Of a stretch of 64,000 nt of DNA, positions 59,707-64,000 are shown piece by piece. The translations under genes were made by a program, and so were the position numbers. Each line of letters opens with the position of its first letter. Position 1 is the first letter of the stretch. Under the pieces are notes generated by a model. The model did not search any database, had not been told where the DNA came from, and saw nothing but the letters and a program-made list of their open reading frames with translations. Origin of the DNA: Candidatus Bathyarchaeota archaeon (lineage in GTDB: Archaea; Thermoproteota; Bathyarchaeia; Bathyarchaeales; Bathycorpusculaceae); assembly GCA_963815095.1 (NCBI GenBank), contig CAWFFH010000003.1, positions 288,001 to 352,000 on the forward strand, read 5' to 3'.

Positions 59707-60120
59707 ATGAAAGTGAGTAAAAGAAAACGCGAAGAAAAATTTAGTGCAATCCTGCTAGAGGCTATTGATGAAGCATTTTCCACCTTGGGAAATAGAGCAA
59801 AATCATCGATATACCTCCATCTTGAGAGTAAATTTGCGATTTCAAAGCAGGATATACCTGAAAGAGTTGGCGATTTTTCTGAGGCTTTGGAACAAATTTT
59901 TGGGTTAGCTGCCCCAAAACTTGAGATTTTAATTATGAAATGTCTAAATGAAAAGGTTAAATGCACCTATAATTGGGTTGGGCCAAAATGGTTAGTTCCG
60001 GATTTAACCTTCTCAAAATATGTGAAGTTGATGGAGCTTGGGTGTGAAGAGACAGAGAAAATTGGGGAAGTAGAGGTGATACTTGACGTTGGAGAAAAGC
60101 CAGAGCAACAAACACGATGA
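59707..60120 (+). CDS. NitrOD5/DUF3227-like helical signalling output-domain protein
   Basis: LLEAIDEAFSTLG....IYLHLE..F.I...DIP.....F..ALEQIFG. Confidence 0.65.
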   Translation: MKVSKRKREEKFSAILLEAIDEAFSTLGNRAKSSIYLHLESKFAISKQDIPERVGDFSEALEQIFGLAAPKLEILIMKCLNEKVKCTYNWVGPKWLVPDLTFSKYVKLMELGCEETEKIGEVEVILDVGEKPEQQTR

Positions 60121-63100
60121 CTCATTGGTAGTTTTGATTGATCTTATTCCTGACCCTGTCATAGTTATAGATTGTTTAGGAAAAATTGTAGCTGCAAACA
60201 AGATTATTGGAAAGTTTGCTGGGTACGAAAAAGAAGCGCTGATCGGCAAGAGTTTTAGAGGCTTAGGTTTTATAAGTGAAGATTACAAGTTGTTGCTCCC
60301 AAAAAAAGCGGATAAGAAGTTTGTAGCCTCTATCATTGAACCTTATGAAGTTAAAATCAAAACCAAGAGCGGAGAAGTAAAATGCCTGAAAGTGAATGGG
60401 AATCGTTTAATCAATAAAGGAGAGCTTTTAAACCTAGTTATTTTCCATGACGTTTCTGAAGAAAATAAAACCCGAAACAAACTTCGCCAGGGTTTATTTG
60501 AAAGCGAAGAAAAATTTCGTGTTATAACCAACTCAATTAGAGAAGCCTTAATCGTCGTCAACGATGAAGCGAAAGTGACCTATTGGAACCCCGCCGCCGA
60601 AAAGATATTTGATTATACAAATGAGGAAGCCATTGGAAAAGACATACATGAACTAGTTGTTCCAAAGTCAATGTGCAAAGAAGGAAGAGAACGCATCGCG
60701 CTAAGTGTAAAAACTTTTACTCAGACAGGAATGGGCTACTTCACAGTGGGAAATGTTGAATTAGTTGGGCGTCGCAAAGACGGCAGCGAATTCCCTGTTG
60801 AGTTATCAATTTCCCCTACAAAGTTTATGGGAAAATGGAGTGCAGTTGCAGTAGTCAAAGACATTACCAAAAGAAAACAAGCTGAACAAAAGCTAAGAGA
60901 CGCTGAACAACGTTACCACGCAATTTTTAATCAAGCCCCCTTGGGTGTCTTAGTTGTTGACCCAGAAACATCGGCGTTTGTTGAATTCAATGATGTTGCT
61001 CATCAACTGTTGGGTTACTCAAGAGAAGAATTTGAAAACTTGACAGTTAACGATATTGAAGCTACAGAATCGCCAAACCAGGTTAGGTTGCACCTTAAAG
61101 AAATGTTGAAAGACGGTAGAGGAGAATTTGAAACTCTGCTTAGAACAAAAAACGGCGATGTCAAGAATACTTGGGTTACTACCAGAACATTCCAGTCGGC
61201 AGGCAAAACATTCCTCCATTGTGTTTACAGGGATGTTACTGAAATCAAAAAAGTACAAAATGCTTTGATAGAAAGTGAGGAATTATCAAGGGCAATAGTT
61301 GCGAACGCCCCTATTGGAATAGCTTCCTCGGATATGAATTACCATTTTGTAAGTGCCAATGAGGCATTTTGCAGAATACTTGGGTACTCAGAGGAGGAAC
61401 TACGGAAATTAACTTTCAAGGAGATCACTCATCCTGAAAACCTCCAAAACAGCATTGCCCAAATGACAGCGCTAAAAGTCGGAAATATTCCCTTTTTCGT
61501 TGACGAAAAGCGCTATTTTAAGAAAGATGGAACAATTATAGTTTGCAAAGTCATTGTTAACGCAATTCGAGACCAAACAGATCAACCTATTCTTTTCATT
61601 GCAGAACTTGAAGATATAACAAAAAGCAAACAACTCGAAGGGGATTTACGGTCGAGCGAAGAACGATTCCGCGCAATCAGCACTTCCGCTATGGATGCCA
61701 TTATCTTGAGTAATGAACAAGACAGAATCATCTACTGGAATCCAGCTGCGGAGAAAACGTTTGGCTACTCAGAGAATGAAGCAATAGGAAAAAAACTATC
61801 AGAGCTAGTCATTCCGCCCCAAGGACAAAAAAATCACAAAGAATTACTAAAAGAGCTTCGTTCACATCCCATTTCGAAGAAACATTCAGGGTATTTTGCA
61901 ATAAGGAAAAATGGAACTGTATTTCCCATGGACCTTGCTGTAGTATCCATTAACTTAAAAGATAAAAATTGTCTTATGTCGATTATTAGAGACATCACGG
62001 AGTGGAAAGCCATGGAAGAAGCCCTCAGGCAAGAGCGAGATATGCTTGAAAACATGGCAACAAACATAGATGCAGGGTTAGCAATCATTAGCAAGGACTA
62101 TCGAGTTTTATGGGCTAACCAACGATTAACGCAAGTCAGTGGCACCGATAAAATTGAAAACAAACACTGTTACTCTTCATTTGAGAAAGAGTCCAACTGT
62201 ATTTGTCAAGATTGCGGCGTAAAAAAAATCTTCGAAAACGGCGTCATGATGGATAGGCATGATTATCATGTCAAGCACGGTGACCGCGACAAATGGATTG
62301 AACTCATCGCTACTCCCGTTAAAGACAAAGATGGAAAAGTAGTTGCTGCATTAGAGCTTGCTGTAGATGTAACTGAGAGGAAACTGCTTCAAAACAAACT
62401 TTTTGACTACTCACAAAGGCTAGAGGAATTGGTGCAACAAAGAACTCATCAATTAAAGAAAACACAAGCTGAACTAGTAAAATCAGAGAGACTGGCAGCC
62501 ATTGGTGAATTAGCGGGTATGGTTGGCCACGACCTACGCAACCCTTTGACTGGAATCAAAAACTCGGCTTATTTCTTGAAAAAGAAGGGAACTGAAATTT
62601 CTCCAACTCAAGCCCACGAAATGCTTGAAACAATTAACAAATGCGTGGACTACTCCAACAAAATTGTCAATGACCTATTAGATTACTCAAGAGAAGTTCA
62701 TTTGGAGACAAAAGAGGAATCGCCCAAAAAACTACTGAACGAATCCCTAAGCTTGATGGAGTTACCTGAAAAAATCGAAACCCAAAACCTACTCAAAGAC
62801 AACCCAACCGTAAAAGTTGATTCCGACAAAATAAAACGGGTTTTCATAAACCTAATCAAAAACGCATCTGATGCAATGCCTAACGGAGGTAAAATTATCA
62901 TTGACAGCAAACAGGTCGAGGGCAGCTTAGAGCTCTCATTCTCAGACACAGGCTCAGGCATTTCTGAGGAGATCTTACCGAACCTTTTTTCGCCATTATT
63001 TACGACGAAAGCGCAGGGCATGGGCTTTGGCTTAGCTATATGCAAACGCATTGTCGAGGCTCATGGTGGAACTATTGCAGTCAAAACTATGAAGGAAAAA

Positions 63101-63193
63101 GGGACGACTTTCACATTAACTTTACCAATAGAATCCAAGTCTGAAATTGGAGGTGAAAAAAATGGATATACATCCAATAATCCTCGTAGTTGA
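60083..63193 (+). CDS. Cytoplasmic multi-PAS histidine kinase
   Basis: About 6 PAS/PAC repeats, GHDLRNPL, NLIKNASDAM, GMGFGL; no TM segments. Confidence 0.93.
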   Translation: MTLEKSQSNKHDDSLVVLIDLIPDPVIVIDCLGKIVAANKIIGKFAGYEKEALIGKSFRGLGFISEDYKLLLPKKADKKFVASIIEPYEVKIKTKSGEVKCLKVNGNRLINKGELLNLVIFHDVSEENKTRNKLRQGLFESEEKFRVITNSIREALIVVNDEAKVTYWNPAAEKIFDYTNEEAIGKDIHELVVPKSMCKEGRERIALSVKTFTQTGMGYFTVGNVELVGRRKDGSEFPVELSISPTKFMGKWSAVAVVKDITKRKQAEQKLRDAEQRYHAIFNQAPLGVLVVDPETSAFVEFNDVAHQLLGYSREEFENLTVNDIEATESPNQVRLHLKEMLKDGRGEFETLLRTKNGDVKNTWVTTRTFQSAGKTFLHCVYRDVTEIKKVQNALIESEELSRAIVANAPIGIASSDMNYHFVSANEAFCRILGYSEEELRKLTFKEITHPENLQNSIAQMTALKVGNIPFFVDEKRYFKKDGTIIVCKVIVNAIRDQTDQPILFIAELEDITKSKQLEGDLRSSEERFRAISTSAMDAIILSNEQDRIIYWNPAAEKTFGYSENEAIGKKLSELVIPPQGQKNHKELLKELRSHPISKKHSGYFAIRKNGTVFPMDLAVVSINLKDKNCLMSIIRDITEWKAMEEALRQERDMLENMATNIDAGLAIISKDYRVLWANQRLTQVSGTDKIENKHCYSSFEKESNCICQDCGVKKIFENGVMMDRHDYHVKHGDRDKWIELIATPVKDKDGKVVAALELAVDVTERKLLQNKLFDYSQRLEELVQQRTHQLKKTQAELVKSERLAAIGELAGMVGHDLRNPLTGIKNSAYFLKKKGTEISPTQAHEMLETINKCVDYSNKIVNDLLDYSREVHLETKEESPKKLLNESLSLMELPEKIETQNLLKDNPTVKVDSDKIKRVFINLIKNASDAMPNGGKIIIDSKQVEGSLELSFSDTGSGISEEILPNLFSPLFTTKAQGMGFGLAICKRIVEAHGGTIAVKTMKEKGTTFTLTLPIESKSEIGGEKNGYTSNNPRS

Positions 63194-63614
63194 CGATGAT
63201 GAAACAATAAGAACTACAATAAAGGCGATACTTGAAGACGAAGGATACCTTGTTGATTTAGCTGGCACTGGAAAAGAAGCGATCCAAAAAACCGAAGAAA
63301 AAACCTACAATGTTGCATTGCTAGACATTCGATTGCCAGACATGGAAGGCGTAGAACTATTGAAACTAATGAAGGATACTGTTCCCAGAACGCGTAAAAT
63401 AATGGTAACTGGTTACCCATCAATGCAGAACGCTATTGGTGCACTAAACAAAAACGCTGATGCATACTTGGTTAAGCCTGTGGAAATCGAAAAGTTACTA
63501 AACACAGTTAAGGAACAATTGCAAGCTCAGAAAGACGAACGTAAGTTCAGTGAGCAAAGAGTCGCTGAATTCATCGAAAGCCGAGTTAAAGAACTGTCCG
63601 CTGAAACCATTTAA
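63162..63614 (+). CDS. Response regulator receiver protein
   Basis: ILVVDDD, LLDIRLPDMEG, MVTGY, YLVKP; GGAGGTGA SD. Confidence 0.94.
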   Translation: MDIHPIILVVDDDETIRTTIKAILEDEGYLVDLAGTGKEAIQKTEEKTYNVALLDIRLPDMEGVELLKLMKDTVPRTRKIMVTGYPSMQNAIGALNKNADAYLVKPVEIEKLLNTVKEQLQAQKDERKFSEQRVAEFIESRVKELSAETI

Positions 63615-63757
63615 CACTGCATCCCAAAATTTTCTAATATTTTTAGCTATTTTTACGAATATCTATTAGTCAACACTTATCCGGGAAATGAAAAGTGTGA
63701 GACAGAAAATTAATATGGTACGCGTGTGCAAGAGCTTGGAAAGTGGTGAGTTAAAAA

Positions 63758-63973
63758 TTGAGTTTTGGAAACATGAAGGTTTTTAATGGAGTCCAAGAAG
63801 CGCTAGTTTTAGGGTTGATGCTCGTCACTATTTTAGTACTTTTCTATGCGAACATAGATTTTACCCACAAGATAGGTATTGCAGTCATTGCGTTCATAAT
63901 AATTTTCTTAGCAACCTTGTCAGCGTCGCTTCTGAGACAGCAAAAAGAAATCCAAAAAGCCAAAGAAGCCTAA
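63758..63973 (+). CDS. Small 2-TM membrane protein
   Basis: Two hydrophobic helices, basic tail; GGTGAG SD. Confidence 0.7.
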   Translation: MSFGNMKVFNGVQEALVLGLMLVTILVLFYANIDFTHKIGIAVIAFIIIFLATLSASLLRQQKEIQKAKEA

Positions 63974-64000
63974 ATCCTTTCACTTTACTCTCCTCTGCCT

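Overview
Archaeal chromosomal window, most consistent with Bathyarchaeia. The evidence is rps2/eno/MEMO1, SRP19, rps8e, SMC-ScpAB, archaeal GluRS, GGTGA-type Shine-Dalgarno (SD) sites, expanded beta-propeller surface proteins and PAS kinases. Two housekeeping blocks are present. The first is eno-rps2-MEMO1 plus mvk (9.5-13.7 kb). The second is the modified archaeal mevalonate/isoprenoid cluster (UbiD-type AMPD, AcnX large and small subunits, IPK, IDI-2, GGPPS) followed by gltX, srp19, rps8e and smc-scpA-scpB (45.7-59.4 kb). About 32 kb of accessory DNA lies between them. The best candidate for an undescribed system sits at the left edge of that region: a two-gene operon with a 118-aa protein bearing an NHLP/nitrile-hydratase-leader-like N-terminus and two similar Tyr-centred motifs, followed by a radical SAM/SPASM enzyme with a C-terminal PqqD/RRE-like domain, i.e. 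a putative archaeal RiPP pathway. The accessory region also holds many microproteins below the 60-aa ORF cutoff: three SRDCDGC paralogs (two inside a ~250-bp direct repeat), a C4C4 RING-like protein, two Cren7-like zinc ribbons and a 21-aa Glu/Trp peptide. It also holds probable viral remnants and several frameshifted genes; gltX is split too. No rRNA, tRNA, CRISPR array or intact transposase/integrase was recognised. All family calls come from motif recognition by eye, with no database searches.
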